From Candidatus Bathyarchaeia archaeon (GTDB lineage Archaea > Thermoproteota > Bathyarchaeia > Bathyarchaeales > SOJC01): a stretch of 24,000 nucleotides of DNA. The notes beneath the pieces were generated by a model. The model worked only from the letters and a program-made list of their open reading frames with translations, was not told the DNA's origin and made no database searches. Made by a program: the position numbers and the translations under genes. The stretch is taken from positions 16,106-40,105 of the forward strand of contig JBKHJI010000006.1 in the NCBI GenBank assembly GCA_046538175.1, read 5' to 3'. Position 1 is the stretch's first letter. Each line of letters begins with the position of its first letter. Positions 1 to 9,817 of the stretch are shown one piece after another.

Positions 1-149
1 AGATTGTTGTCGCCTAGAAAGTGCCTTAAAGAGTTAACCATTAGATTTCCGTCTTTTTCACATTCAATGTCAAACTTTGGAATTACCGTTTTCAAAGTGG
101 GATTTATCACTGTGGAGAGCAGGTGATTTTCAATGGGCTCGAAGTGCAT
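1..149 (-). CDS. hypothetical protein, N-terminal part only (gene continues past the left window edge)
   Basis: Absent from the supplied ORF track because too little of it lies inside the window. My minus-strand reading from ATG 149..147 gives MHFEPIENHLLSTVINPTLKTVIPKFDIECEKDGNLMVNSLRHFLGDNN, open to position 1. It diverges from infB across an AT-rich spacer. No recognisable motif. Confidence 0.25.
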   Translation of the reverse strand, partial: MHFEPIENHLLSTVINPTLKTVIPKFDIECEKDGNLMVNSLRHFLGDNN

Positions 150-301
150 ATTTCCCCAACCTATGGAGAAGAGCCATAGTTTTCTCTTCAAGTCTAATTA
201 CATTAAAGCTTATCCCTAGAAACAACATTAAGCAAAACTGTTTATATCAAAGGCTTGGCATTTTTATGGAGTCATAAAACTAGATCTACTAATAATAATA
301 A

Positions 302-2098
302 GTGTTGGGGGAAAACAGCGTGCCTGTAAGGCAGCCTATAGTTTGCGTGCTGGGACATGTCGACACTGGAAAGACCCTTTTGTTAGATGAAATTAGAAAA
401 AGCAGTGTCCAAGCACGCGAAGTAGGCGGTATAACCCAACACATTGGCGCAAGTTTTTTCCCTCTCGACACGCTCATGGAAGTATGTGGGCCGCTGCTAA
501 CCAGTCTGAAAGGGAAAATTCAGATCCCCGGTCTTCTAGTAATTGATACTCCCGGGCACGAAGCCTTTGCCAACCTCAGAAAGCGAGGCGGGGGAGCCGC
601 CGATATTGCTGTTTTAGTAGTCGACGTGTTGAAAGGCTTTGAGGCTCAGACCTACGAGTCTTTAGAGATTCTTAAGGTGAGAAAAACTCCCTTTTTAGTC
701 GCCGTAAACAAAATTGACCGTATATCTGGATGGAAATCTAAGGCGAAAAAGCCTTTTTTTGAATCATATCAGGCACAAGATTCTTCCGTACGAGAAGACT
801 TGGACAACCGCCTCTACTCAATAATCGGGGCATTCTCCACACTAGGTTTTCAATCTGAACGTTTCGACCATATTAAAGACTTTACACGAACGGTTGCCCT
901 AGTGCCCGTCAGCGCAAAAACCGGTGAAGGAATTCCAGAGCTCATTTCGGTTCTTGTAGGGTTGACCCAGCAGTACCTTAAAACTCGGTTGCAAACAACA
1001 AGAGGCCCTGGAAAGGGAACAGTGTTAGAGGTCAAAGAGGAAGCTGGACTCGGGATAACTTTGAACGCCATAATCTACGATGGGATGCTTCGGAAAGGGG
1101 ACACAATCGTGGTGGGAGCGAAAGAAAAGCCAATTGTAACTAAGACTCGCGCTGTTCTTTTGCCTAAACCTTTAGATGAAATTAGAGATCCGCGAGACAA
1201 GTTTTCTTCTGTAGACACGGTATCAGCCGCTGCAGGGATAAAAATAGTTGCTCCAGAATTAGATTCAGCTTTAGCGGGAGCGCCGTTGTACGTGGCGCCT
1301 TCGGAAGACCAAATTGAGAAACTTGTAAAGCTGGTCTCTGAAGAAGTTGAGAAAGCCAAGATTGAAACCGATATAGACGGAGTTGTGCTAAAAACCGACG
1401 CCTTAGGCTCTTTAGAAGCCATTGCGGAGAGTTTAAAACGTGAAAATGTCCCTGTAAGACTGGCAGACGTCGGTGACGTGTCAAAACGCGACGTGGTAGA
1501 GGCTAACGTAGTAAAGGAGCATGAACCGTTTTACGGAGCGATTTTAGCATTCAACGTAAAAGTATTACCTGATGCCGAGGAAGAGGCTAGAGACCGAGGT
1601 GTCAAAATTTTTCAACACACCGTTATTTACCACTTGATCGACGAATATGTAACTTGGATGAAAAGTGAACGAGACACCTTGGCCTTGAAAGAGTTTGACC
1701 TGCTCATTAAGCCTGGTAAGATTAAGATATTGCCAGGATATGTTTTCAGAAAAGCCAAACCAGCCGTGGTGGGAGTGAAAGTTCTAGCAGGGCGGATAAA
1801 GCCAAAGATTACATTAATCAGAGAAGATGGAGAAGACGTGGGAGACGTTATGCAAATACAAGACAAAGGAAAATCTGTCTCAGAGGCAGTAGCTGAAGCA
1901 GAAGTAGCCGTTTCAATAGACAAACCTGTTGTCGGGCGCCACATCTACGAAAACGATGTTCTATATACTCGTGTCCCAGAAGCCCACGCCAAAACTCTAT
2001 TAACAAAATTTAGAGACCACTTGGCTGCCGAAGAACTTGAAGTTTTAAACGAGTATGTCGAGTTGATGCGAAAGAAAACTCCTTTCTGGGCTGCGTAA
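302..2098 (+). CDS. infB: translation initiation factor aIF5B (archaeal IF-2)
   Basis: 598-aa ORF with a GTG start. It has translational GTPase motifs VLGHVDTGKT (G1), LVIDTPGHEAF (G3) and VAVNKID (G4). Length and C-terminal domain layout are typical of archaeal aIF5B. Confidence 0.93.
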   Translation: MLGENSVPVRQPIVCVLGHVDTGKTLLLDEIRKSSVQAREVGGITQHIGASFFPLDTLMEVCGPLLTSLKGKIQIPGLLVIDTPGHEAFANLRKRGGGAADIAVLVVDVLKGFEAQTYESLEILKVRKTPFLVAVNKIDRISGWKSKAKKPFFESYQAQDSSVREDLDNRLYSIIGAFSTLGFQSERFDHIKDFTRTVALVPVSAKTGEGIPELISVLVGLTQQYLKTRLQTTRGPGKGTVLEVKEEAGLGITLNAIIYDGMLRKGDTIVVGAKEKPIVTKTRAVLLPKPLDEIRDPRDKFSSVDTVSAAAGIKIVAPELDSALAGAPLYVAPSEDQIEKLVKLVSEEVEKAKIETDIDGVVLKTDALGSLEAIAESLKRENVPVRLADVGDVSKRDVVEANVVKEHEPFYGAILAFNVKVLPDAEEEARDRGVKIFQHTVIYHLIDEYVTWMKSERDTLALKEFDLLIKPGKIKILPGYVFRKAKPAVVGVKVLAGRIKPKITLIREDGEDVGDVMQIQDKGKSVSEAVAEAEVAVSIDKPVVGRHIYENDVLYTRVPEAHAKTLLTKFRDHLAAEELEVLNEYVELMRKKTPFWAA

Positions 2099-2143
2099 AC
2101 ATCAGACAAGTGAAGTAGTGATCGGGACTTCGTTTTTAATTGA

Positions 2144-2917
2144 CTAATGCGCTTCAAAGACTTTGCATCTGCTGAGAACCTCTTCAAAACTCTCTCTATT
2201 TTTCATCTTCTTATAAATCCGCAACGAATCCACTAAACTATGTACATCTATGTCTAATTTTCTCTGAACTGTTTCAGCAACCGAACTTCTCACGAAGAGA
2301 TATTGACAAATCGAAGTAACGTTAGAGACCCTTCTTGAAACGCTGGCAGATTCGAAATCCACAATGCAAGGTGTGTCATCAGGTTTTATTATTATGTGCT
2401 TCGGCGCGTTGCTCAACTCACCATGATCCAATCCGGCTTGATCCAATCTCCAAGCCTGCTCCAAAACCGAACGTAAAACGCTACCTAGCATTTCCTTTGC
2501 CCCTTTCCCTTTTACCGTTTTTATCCACTCTGGAAGCAAGACACCTTCAACATATTCCATCAAAAGAAAATTCGGAGTGAAATCAAAAAGACGAGTTCCA
2601 ATACCTATCTTATTTGCTTTCTTGAGGAAATGTGCTTCTCGCCGCATTGTCGCTCTATCTGCATCGGTTCTACGAATTTTCAAAGCAACTTTTTCGTTTT
2701 CTCTGTAGGCCACAACTACCAAGCCAACGCATCCTTTTCCTAATATTGGAATGTTGTAAACGCTTTTCTGTCCAGTAAACTCGACCGCTTCAACGTGTAA
2801 TCTCGCCAATTCTCGTAAGCGACGTTGGAAATCTTCTCTTTTGTATATGGGGTAACATATTACGCGTCTGTACTTTTCCTCTTTGAGCCTTTCTAGAGCG
2901 ATTTTCTCTCTTTTCAA
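2144..2917 (-). CDS. atypical RIO/Bud32-like serine/threonine protein kinase
   Basis: 257 aa. It has a glycine loop LGKGCVGLV, a VALKI lysine, a catalytic-loop-like GLDHGELSNAPKHIII and a metal-binding IVDFESA. The start is TTG. Subfamily is not resolved by eye. Confidence 0.6.
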   Translation of the reverse strand: MKREKIALERLKEEKYRRVICYPIYKREDFQRRLRELARLHVEAVEFTGQKSVYNIPILGKGCVGLVVVAYRENEKVALKIRRTDADRATMRREAHFLKKANKIGIGTRLFDFTPNFLLMEYVEGVLLPEWIKTVKGKGAKEMLGSVLRSVLEQAWRLDQAGLDHGELSNAPKHIIIKPDDTPCIVDFESASVSRRVSNVTSICQYLFVRSSVAETVQRKLDIDVHSLVDSLRIYKKMKNRESFEEVLSRCKVFEAH

Positions 2918-2974
2918 ACGGTTACCTCTATTTCAAACGGCTTATCAATTCTGCTTTTCATGAGGATAGCTAGT

Positions 2975-4687
2975 TTAGGTTTCCGCAGGCTTCATTTCTT
3001 CTTCTCGGAGTTCTCTTTTGAGAACTTTACCCACCAACGTCATTGGTAGTTCGGTTCGAAATTCTACTTCTCTTATAGCCTTATAGGATGCAACCCTTTC
3101 ATTAACAAAGTCCACGATTTCTTTTTTTGTTGCTGAAGTTCCCTCTCTCAACACAACGAAGGCCTTAGGAATCTCACCTGCAACAGAATCTGGTTTGCCG
3201 ACTACGCCGCAAAGTTTCACGGCTGGATGTTCATATAATGTATCTTCAAGTTCTCGGGGATAAACACTGTAACCTTTGTATTTGATGAGGTCCTTTTTTC
3301 GATCTGTGACGTAGAAGTATCCATCTTCATCCATCTTTCCGACATCACCCGTGTAAAGCCATTCGCCCTTGAGAACTGTGGTTGTTTCTTCTGGCATTCT
3401 CCAATAGCCTTTCATTACTTGAGGCCCCTTAACCACTACTTCGCCGATTTCACCTGTTTCGAGCTCTCTTTTCCCTGTTTTTACGTCCACAATTTTGGCA
3501 TCAGTGTCTGGCCACGGTAAACCTATAGATCCTACTTTAACGGTTTTCATGGTTCTGTCCAAAGGATTACAATGGGTAACTGGAGAAGCTTCTGTTAGTC
3601 CGTAGCCTTCGACTAGAACGCCGCCAGTGACTTCCATGAATTTTTTTTGAACTTCTGGCGAAAGAGGAGCCGAGCCTGATATGCAGAAGCGGACAGAAGT
3701 GCAGTCGTACTTGTTTAGGTTGGGCTTGTTTACCAGCATCGAATATATGGTGGGGGCGCCGCAAAACACTGTAACTCTATGTTCTTGGATGGCTTTTAAG
3801 GTGCTCACAGAGTCAAAGCGTGGAAGCATAACCATTTTTCCAGCCAGATATATTGGGGCGTTCATTCCCGTGGTCAACCCATAAATGTGAAATAGCGGCA
3901 GCACAACTAGAAAAGTTTCCTTGCCTTCGGCGCTTCCTAGCCATGCGGCACACATAAGGGCGTTTGAAACTAGGTTCATGTGGGTTAGCATGGCACCTTT
4001 GGCAGTTCCGGTTGTGCCGCCAGTATATTGAAGTGTGACCAAATCTTCTTCAGGTTTGATGGCAACTTTTGGCGGGTTCGGCTCGTATTTGTTTAGAAGG
4101 TGATGGAACAAATGGACATGAGATGATCGTTTGATTTTGCGTGAAGGAATTTTTTTGAATAGTGATCCGAGTATAGCTTTGCTTTTGGGTATGTACTCTT
4201 TCAAATTTGCCACGATTACTCTTTTCAGCGAGGTTGTCTTCCATGTTTTTTCTACAATGGGATAAAGCAGGTCTAGAGCCACCAGGGTTTGGGCTTTCGA
4301 ATCGCACAGTTGGTGTTTCACTTCTCGTTCTTTGTACAGTGGGCTTATGCATGTGGTGATTGCGCCGAGTTTTATCGCTCCGTAATAGGAGATTATGAAT
4401 TGAGGGATGTTCGGCAGAAAAAGGGCGACTTTTTCGCCCTTCTTTACGCCGAAATCGTGGAGAGCCGCTGCAAAGCTGTCAGCGGCTAAATTTAGTTCTT
4501 TATAGGTGATTTTTTTGTCAAAATACGTTATCGCCACATTATTAGGGTATTTTTCGGCGGTCTTCTCGAGGAAGTTAAAAAGCGGAACTTTTGGATATTT
4601 GAGATTTTTTGGGACTGATTTGGGCCAATGTTTGAACCATGATTTTTGTAGTTTCTCCACTTTTTTCCGGTTCTTTTTCGCAGGCAT
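2975..4687 (-). CDS. AMP-forming acyl-CoA synthetase (fatty-acid--CoA ligase type)
   Basis: 570 aa with an ATG start. Adenylate-forming enzyme motifs are LQYTGGTTGTAKGAMLTH, VEGYGLTE, YTGDVG and DRKKDLIKYKGYSVYPRELE. Confidence 0.9.
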   Translation of the reverse strand: MPAKKNRKKVEKLQKSWFKHWPKSVPKNLKYPKVPLFNFLEKTAEKYPNNVAITYFDKKITYKELNLAADSFAAALHDFGVKKGEKVALFLPNIPQFIISYYGAIKLGAITTCISPLYKEREVKHQLCDSKAQTLVALDLLYPIVEKTWKTTSLKRVIVANLKEYIPKSKAILGSLFKKIPSRKIKRSSHVHLFHHLLNKYEPNPPKVAIKPEEDLVTLQYTGGTTGTAKGAMLTHMNLVSNALMCAAWLGSAEGKETFLVVLPLFHIYGLTTGMNAPIYLAGKMVMLPRFDSVSTLKAIQEHRVTVFCGAPTIYSMLVNKPNLNKYDCTSVRFCISGSAPLSPEVQKKFMEVTGGVLVEGYGLTEASPVTHCNPLDRTMKTVKVGSIGLPWPDTDAKIVDVKTGKRELETGEIGEVVVKGPQVMKGYWRMPEETTTVLKGEWLYTGDVGKMDEDGYFYVTDRKKDLIKYKGYSVYPRELEDTLYEHPAVKLCGVVGKPDSVAGEIPKAFVVLREGTSATKKEIVDFVNERVASYKAIREVEFRTELPMTLVGKVLKRELREEEMKPAET

Positions 4688-4845
4688 AATTAGTCCTGCT
4701 TTTAAGATAAAAGTTGTTGAGATAATAGTTTTTCTGCGTTTGGGTTATTTTTCGAATTGATGATCTGGTGATGCGAGGCTTGGACGAGTTGATTGCATGG
4801 CTGAAATTGAAAGCTGATTTATAGCGAGGGTGCGGGCAGCTGTCA

Positions 4846-5274
4846 CTAAAGGGGAACGAATTCGTATGTTGGTTGGCCTTCGGCTGTGACTTTGGCTGCT
4901 AGTTTAGCTTTCATGCCAATTGTGATTTCTGACGTTTTAAATCCTGTTAACCATGCAAGCACTTTTATGCCTTCTTTTAGTTTCCCAATTGCAACAGTGT
5001 AGGGTTTATTCTGCTGGAAAGAGGAGGGTCGAATCACTATGTGTGTAAATGTTTCGATCTCTGCTTCGTTGCCAAGCTCGATCCATCGCATTTTTGATGA
5101 TAGGCAAGTTGGACAATCAGCAACCGGTGGAAATTGTAGTTCTTCGCATTTTGCGCATTTTGTCGCGTAGATTTTTCCTTGTTTTAACCCTTCCCAGAAC
5201 TTTAAAGTCTTGTTTATAGGTATGTCTTGCACGATTTTTACTTCTCTCGACTTCATTGAAGGCATAGACGACAT
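4846..5274 (-). CDS. DUF35-type Zn-ribbon/OB-fold protein (partner of archaeal thiolase)
   Basis: 142 aa. A Cys4 zinc ribbon CAKCEELQFPPVADCPTC is followed by an OB-fold-like C-terminus. The ATG lies 4 nt after the thiolase stop, with GGAGA just upstream. Confidence 0.8.
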   Translation of the reverse strand: MSSMPSMKSREVKIVQDIPINKTLKFWEGLKQGKIYATKCAKCEELQFPPVADCPTCLSSKMRWIELGNEAEIETFTHIVIRPSSFQQNKPYTVAIGKLKEGIKVLAWLTGFKTSEITIGMKAKLAAKVTAEGQPTYEFVPL

Positions 5275-5278
5275 CTAA

Positions 5279-6451
5279 TCATCTCCTCAATATTGTCACA
5301 TAACAATAGTGGCCTGTGCCACCTATGTTGTGGGCTAGTGCAATGTAATTTTTCAGTGGAACCTGTCTTCCTTTTTCAACGGCTTCTTCTTTGAGTTGTT
5401 TGGCTAGTTCGTATATCATTGAGCATCCAGTTGTGCCTATTGGGTGGCCTTTCGCCTTTAAGCCACCGTCCACATTCACGGGTGTTTTTCCACCTATCTC
5501 GGTTTGTCCTTCGCGGATGAGTTTGGCACCTTCGCCTTTTTTGCATAGTCCAATGTCTTCGTAGGCCATTATCTCTGCTATGGTGAAGCAGTCGTGGACT
5601 TCGGCAACATCGATTTGGCGGGGGGTGACTCCAGCGCGTCTATACGCTCTTCGGGCAGCATATACACTTGCCTCCAATCCTACGTAATCAGGTCTCTTAC
5701 TCAAGTTTGCTGTTCCTGAAGAGTGTCCTATTCCAGCGACCCACACCGGAGAGTCAATCTTTAATTCTTTGACTTTCTCTTCTGAAGCGAGAATTATGGA
5801 AGTCGATCCGTCAGTTACTGGACAACAGTCCAAAAGTTTTAGAGGTGACGCTATAACCATAGAAGACAACACATCATCGACGGTTATCTTGTTCTGAAGG
5901 TGAGCAACAGGGTTAATTGCGGCATATTTATGGTTCTTAACTGCCACCAACGCCAAGTCTTCTTCGGTGGTTCCAAATCTAGCCATATGAGCATTGGCAT
6001 ATAACGCGTAGTACGCAGGAAATGTTAGGCCGAAATTGTGGAACTCCCAAAAATAGTGACCCGCTCTTCCAATCCACTCCATGGCCGTCAAGGTGTCAAT
6101 TTGCCTCATCTTTTCCAAGCCCACTGCCATCGTTAGTTCAGCTTCACCGCTGGCGATAGCCAAATAGGCGTTGAAAAAGGCCGCGCTTCCGCTTGCACAT
6201 GCCGCTTCACAACGGGTTAGACCAGTTTTCGTCAAACCGCAATACTCGGCTATCACCACTGCAGGTATCAGTTCCTCATAAAATGCTCCAGCACCGGCGG
6301 TTCCTAAAGCCATGAACTCGACGTCTTTTCCGGTTACGCCGGCATCTATTAGAGAGGGTTTTACAGCTTCGAAGGCTAGCTCCGAAACGTTCACGTCATT
6401 TCTGTTGCCGAACTTTGAGGTGCCAGCTCCTATAATCGCCACTTTTTTCAT
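5279..6451 (-). CDS. thiolase-family acetyl-CoA acyltransferase (archaeal/SCP-x type)
   Basis: The N-terminus is MKKVAIIGAGTSKFG, the active-site Cys context is CEAACASGSAAF, and the C-terminal motif is NVDGGLKAKGHPIGTTGCSM. I prefer ATG 6451 to the track's upstream GTG 6460. Confidence 0.9.
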   Translation of the reverse strand: MKKVAIIGAGTSKFGNRNDVNVSELAFEAVKPSLIDAGVTGKDVEFMALGTAGAGAFYEELIPAVVIAEYCGLTKTGLTRCEAACASGSAAFFNAYLAIASGEAELTMAVGLEKMRQIDTLTAMEWIGRAGHYFWEFHNFGLTFPAYYALYANAHMARFGTTEEDLALVAVKNHKYAAINPVAHLQNKITVDDVLSSMVIASPLKLLDCCPVTDGSTSIILASEEKVKELKIDSPVWVAGIGHSSGTANLSKRPDYVGLEASVYAARRAYRRAGVTPRQIDVAEVHDCFTIAEIMAYEDIGLCKKGEGAKLIREGQTEIGGKTPVNVDGGLKAKGHPIGTTGCSMIYELAKQLKEEAVEKGRQVPLKNYIALAHNIGGTGHYCYVTILRR

Positions 6452-6494
6452 AGCAGCCACTCTGCCTTAAAGAGGAGAAGAGAGGGTATTGTAT

Positions 6495-7283
6495 TTACTT
6501 TCCTTTGAATTCTGCTTTCCTTCTTGACATGAAGGCTTCGACGCCTTCTTTAAGATCGTCTGTGGAAAAGGTCAATCCCATCAAGCCTGATTCTAATCGC
6601 AATCCCACCTCCAGCGGCACCTGCGTTCCGAAGTTTAACGCATGTTTTGCATATTTCAAAGCTATAGGCGGACCTTCTGAGAGCTTCTTAGCTAACTCTC
6701 TAACTTCGCTTGTGAGCTTGTCAAAATGCACCACTCTGTTCACTAAGCCTATTTTCAATGCTTCTTCAGCTTTCAACTTGTTTCCCAGCATCACCATTTC
6801 TTTAGCTTGGGCTAAACCTACAGTTCTCACAAGCCTTTGTGTCCCTCCCCAGCCGGGAATAAGCCCTAGAGTTATTTCTGGGCTCCCAAGCTCTGCATGT
6901 TCAGCAGCTACTCTAAAGTCGCATGCTAGAGCCAACTCTAAGCCGCCGCCTAACGCGAAGCCGTTTATCGAAGCTATGACCGGCTTGGACATTTTCTCGA
7001 TTCTAGCGAAGACTTCTTGACCAATCCTTGAGAATTCCTCAGCTTTCACTGGTGTTGCTTTAGGAAACATGGTTATGTCGGCTCCTGCGCTGAAGGCTCT
7101 GTCGCCCTCGCCTGCTATTACTACACATTTGACACTAGGGTCTTTCTCGGCGATGTCAAGCATGTCTGCGAGTTCCTCTAGCAAAACGCTGTTGAAAGCG
7201 TTTAACCGGTGTGGCCTGTTGATCACTATCCACAGAATGCTTTCTTCTCTTTCCACCTTGATGGTTTCGTATGCTTTACTCAA
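6495..7283 (-). CDS. enoyl-CoA hydratase (crotonase family)
   Basis: 262 aa. Crotonase motifs are GEGDRAFSAGADI, INGFALGGGLELALACD and EITLGLIPGWGGTQRL. TTG start. Confidence 0.9.
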   Translation of the reverse strand: MSKAYETIKVEREESILWIVINRPHRLNAFNSVLLEELADMLDIAEKDPSVKCVVIAGEGDRAFSAGADITMFPKATPVKAEEFSRIGQEVFARIEKMSKPVIASINGFALGGGLELALACDFRVAAEHAELGSPEITLGLIPGWGGTQRLVRTVGLAQAKEMVMLGNKLKAEEALKIGLVNRVVHFDKLTSEVRELAKKLSEGPPIALKYAKHALNFGTQVPLEVGLRLESGLMGLTFSTDDLKEGVEAFMSRRKAEFKGK

Positions 7284-7346
7284 AAATTTTCACCACGAGC
7301 ATGGTTTGACTTTTCGGCATATATTGTTTTTTCATGATTTTCGCTG

Positions 7347-8501
7347 TTAGAACTTTCGGAGAAGGTATTTGAGCACGGTTAGCTTTTGGATTTCGGTTGT
7401 CCCTTCGTAGATTTCGGTTATCTTAGCGTCTCTGTGATATCTTTCGACGCGGTACTCGCCCAAGTATCCGTAGCCTCCTAAAGTTTGTATGGCCAAATCT
7501 GTTGTTTCCGTGGCAACTCTGCTTGCATATTGTTTCGCCATCGCCGTGACCATCGGATCCATTTTTCCGGCGTCAATTAGCCATGCGGCTCTGTAGGTGA
7601 GCCATCTCGCAGCTTCAATCTTTGTCATGGCTTCGGCTAATCCGCAGCCTATTAGCTCATGTTGTAATATGGGCTGCCCAAAAGCTTCTCTTTGTTTGGA
7701 GTATTTGAAGGCTATTTCCCAAGCGCCTTGAGCTATGCCCACTGCTTGAGCGGCTACGCCTACTCTGGTTTTGTCGAAGAATTCCATAGAGTGGTAAAAT
7801 CCTTTGTTCAGTTCGCCGACAATGTCTTGATCAGTTACTTTGACGTTGTCAAATTTGATTTCTCCGGTTACTGAACATCTGATGCCCATTTTGTTGTTCA
7901 GCTTCGCGGTTTCGATTCCTGGAGTGTCTTTGTCGACTACGAAAAGGGTTTCTCCTCGATATGTGGGCCTGATTTTGGTGTCTGTTTGTGTTAGGACAAT
8001 TATGAAATTGGCTATTGTGGCGTTTGTGATGAAAGTTTTTGTGCCATTTATCCACCATTCGTTTCCGTATTTGATGGCGGTGGTTTCCATGTGTGTTATG
8101 TCGCTTCCGCTGACGCTAGGTTCGGTGAATGCGGCTGCCGACAAATAGTCGCCTGTACATATTGGGGACAGATATTTTTCTTTCTGGGTTTCGGTGCCGT
8201 TTGTGAGGATGAATTCGCTGCCGAAGCTTCCGCTTGAGATTGCCACGCCTAAGGACGAGTCGGCTCGGCACAGTTCTTCGATGGCTATGCATGTTTCTAG
8301 GAGACCGTATCCTTGTCCGCCGTATTTTTCTGGAAAAAATAGGCTGGTGAGTCCGAGTTTGGCGGCTTTCTTGTAAAGCTCCATGGGGTATTCTTCTTTT
8401 TTGTCTAGTTCCATGGCGAGTTCGGGTTTGAACTCTTTTTGGCAAAAGTCTCTAACGGCTTTCTTGATGTGTTGTTGGTCTTCTGTTAGTTCAAATTTCA
8501 T
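7347..8501 (-). CDS. acyl-CoA dehydrogenase
   Basis: ACAD motifs are FPEKYGGQG, AAFTEPSVSGSD, WINGTKTFITNA and QTLGGYGYLGEYRVERYHRDAKITEIYEGTTEIQ. I place the start at ATG 8501 (MKFELTEDQQ), which forms an ATGA overlap with the upstream gene's TGA stop. The track's 8537 start would add 12 residues inside that gene. Confidence 0.9.
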   Translation of the reverse strand: MKFELTEDQQHIKKAVRDFCQKEFKPELAMELDKKEEYPMELYKKAAKLGLTSLFFPEKYGGQGYGLLETCIAIEELCRADSSLGVAISSGSFGSEFILTNGTETQKEKYLSPICTGDYLSAAAFTEPSVSGSDITHMETTAIKYGNEWWINGTKTFITNATIANFIIVLTQTDTKIRPTYRGETLFVVDKDTPGIETAKLNNKMGIRCSVTGEIKFDNVKVTDQDIVGELNKGFYHSMEFFDKTRVGVAAQAVGIAQGAWEIAFKYSKQREAFGQPILQHELIGCGLAEAMTKIEAARWLTYRAAWLIDAGKMDPMVTAMAKQYASRVATETTDLAIQTLGGYGYLGEYRVERYHRDAKITEIYEGTTEIQKLTVLKYLLRKF

Positions 8502-9688
8502 TTGTAAAATCCTCTTCCAGCTTTTTTGCCCGTCCAACCTTTACTGACATAATCTTCTAGTAGTGGACAGGGATTGTACATTTCCGCGTCATATTTTGCG
8601 TGTAGTTCTTTAAGCTTGGTAACTATGTTGTCTATGCCCGTTCTGTCTGCATATTCGCATGGACCTGAAGGCCAGTATGTGCCCAGCTTCATTCCGGTGT
8701 CGATATCTTCCGGTTTTGCAGTTCCCTCACGGATTAGCCACGCTGCTTCGTTTACGGCTACCGTCCATGATCTGTCGACGTCGTATTCGTCAAGCAGGTT
8801 AAAGGGTATTCTCGGTCTGCCTTTGGTCCAGTCGTAGAATCCGACGCCGGTTTTTTGTCCGAACTTGCCCTCTTTTATGAGGGGTTCCACCACTTCTTTG
8901 CAGAGTTTAAATCGTTCGCCGTAAGCTTTGTGGAGTATTTTTCCAACTTCGTAGGCTATGTCCAGCCCCACAAAATCGGCGAGTTCGAACCACCCCATGG
9001 GGAATCCGCCGGTGTATTTTGCCGAGGCGTCTATGCCTTCTTTTGTTGCTTCCCTTCGGTGGTGAGTCCAGAAAGCCTCGTTGAATACGCTTGCCAAAAT
9101 TCTGTTTACTATGAATCCGCGTACGTCTTTTTTCACGATTACGGGTGTTTTTCCAAGTTTTTCGGTGAGTTTAACTAGCGTGTCTATCGTCTCAGGGCTT
9201 GTGTTTTCTCCTTTCACAATTTCAACCAGTGTCATTAGTTGGGGTGGATTAAAAAAGTGCGTTCCCGCCACTTTGTCTGGACGTTTAGTGGCTTTGCCCA
9301 TGTTGGTTATGCTTAGTGTCGACGTGTTAGTTGTTAGTATGGCGTGCGGAGGAGCTAGCGAATCCATTGTGGAGAATACTTTTTTCTTCAGTTCCATGTT
9401 TTCGGGGACCGCTTCAATTGCTATGTCTATGTTTTTCGCGGCTTTTTCATATTTGGTGGTTGTGATTATTCGTGAAAACGCTGCTGCGGCGTCTTCTTGC
9501 CTGATTCTTTTTTTCTCGGCGAATTTGTTTAGGCTCCACTTGATTTTTTCTTTGGCTTTTTGAAGAAGCTCGATGTTCACATCAACTATTGAGACTTCGT
9601 GTCCGGCCATTGCGAGGATTTGAGCGATTCCGTGGCCCATCGTTCCAGAGCCTAGAACTGCTGCTTTTCTGATTTTCCCAGATGACAA
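8498..9688 (-). CDS. 3-hydroxyacyl-CoA dehydrogenase (NAD-binding plus C-terminal domains)
   Basis: 396 aa. It has a Rossmann motif AAVLGSGTMGHGIAQ and the segment HFFNPPQLMTLVEIV. The TTG start at 9688 has GGAGG (9700..9704 on the plus strand as cctcc) 11 nt upstream. Confidence 0.9.
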   Translation of the reverse strand: MSSGKIRKAAVLGSGTMGHGIAQILAMAGHEVSIVDVNIELLQKAKEKIKWSLNKFAEKKRIRQEDAAAAFSRIITTTKYEKAAKNIDIAIEAVPENMELKKKVFSTMDSLAPPHAILTTNTSTLSITNMGKATKRPDKVAGTHFFNPPQLMTLVEIVKGENTSPETIDTLVKLTEKLGKTPVIVKKDVRGFIVNRILASVFNEAFWTHHRREATKEGIDASAKYTGGFPMGWFELADFVGLDIAYEVGKILHKAYGERFKLCKEVVEPLIKEGKFGQKTGVGFYDWTKGRPRIPFNLLDEYDVDRSWTVAVNEAAWLIREGTAKPEDIDTGMKLGTYWPSGPCEYADRTGIDNIVTKLKELHAKYDAEMYNPCPLLEDYVSKGWTGKKAGRGFYK

Positions 9689-9817
9689 GAAATGGTTTTC
9701 CTCCGCTTGAACTGTTTAATGATGAAGCGAAGCCACAATAAAAGTTTTGGACATAGTTTGGATCGGTTGCCTCGCCGCGTTGCGGAGATTCGGCGCATTT
9801 CTCGGATCTCTTTTTGC

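Noticed and set aside
77-277. A 66-aa plus-strand ORF upstream of infB.
   Set aside because: It lies in the AT-rich divergent promoter spacer and overlaps the better minus-strand reading frame that runs off the window. It has no motif.
302-2098. An unusual aIF5B G1 motif (GHVDTGKT instead of the usual GHVDHGKT) and a possible intein.
   Set aside because: A single conservative deviation with normal length and contiguous domains is not evidence for an intein or altered function.
8502-8537. A 12-codon N-terminal extension of the acyl-CoA dehydrogenase (track start 8537).
   Set aside because: The extension lies wholly inside the upstream gene. The ATG at 8501 gives a typical ACAD N-terminus and an ATGA stop/start overlap.
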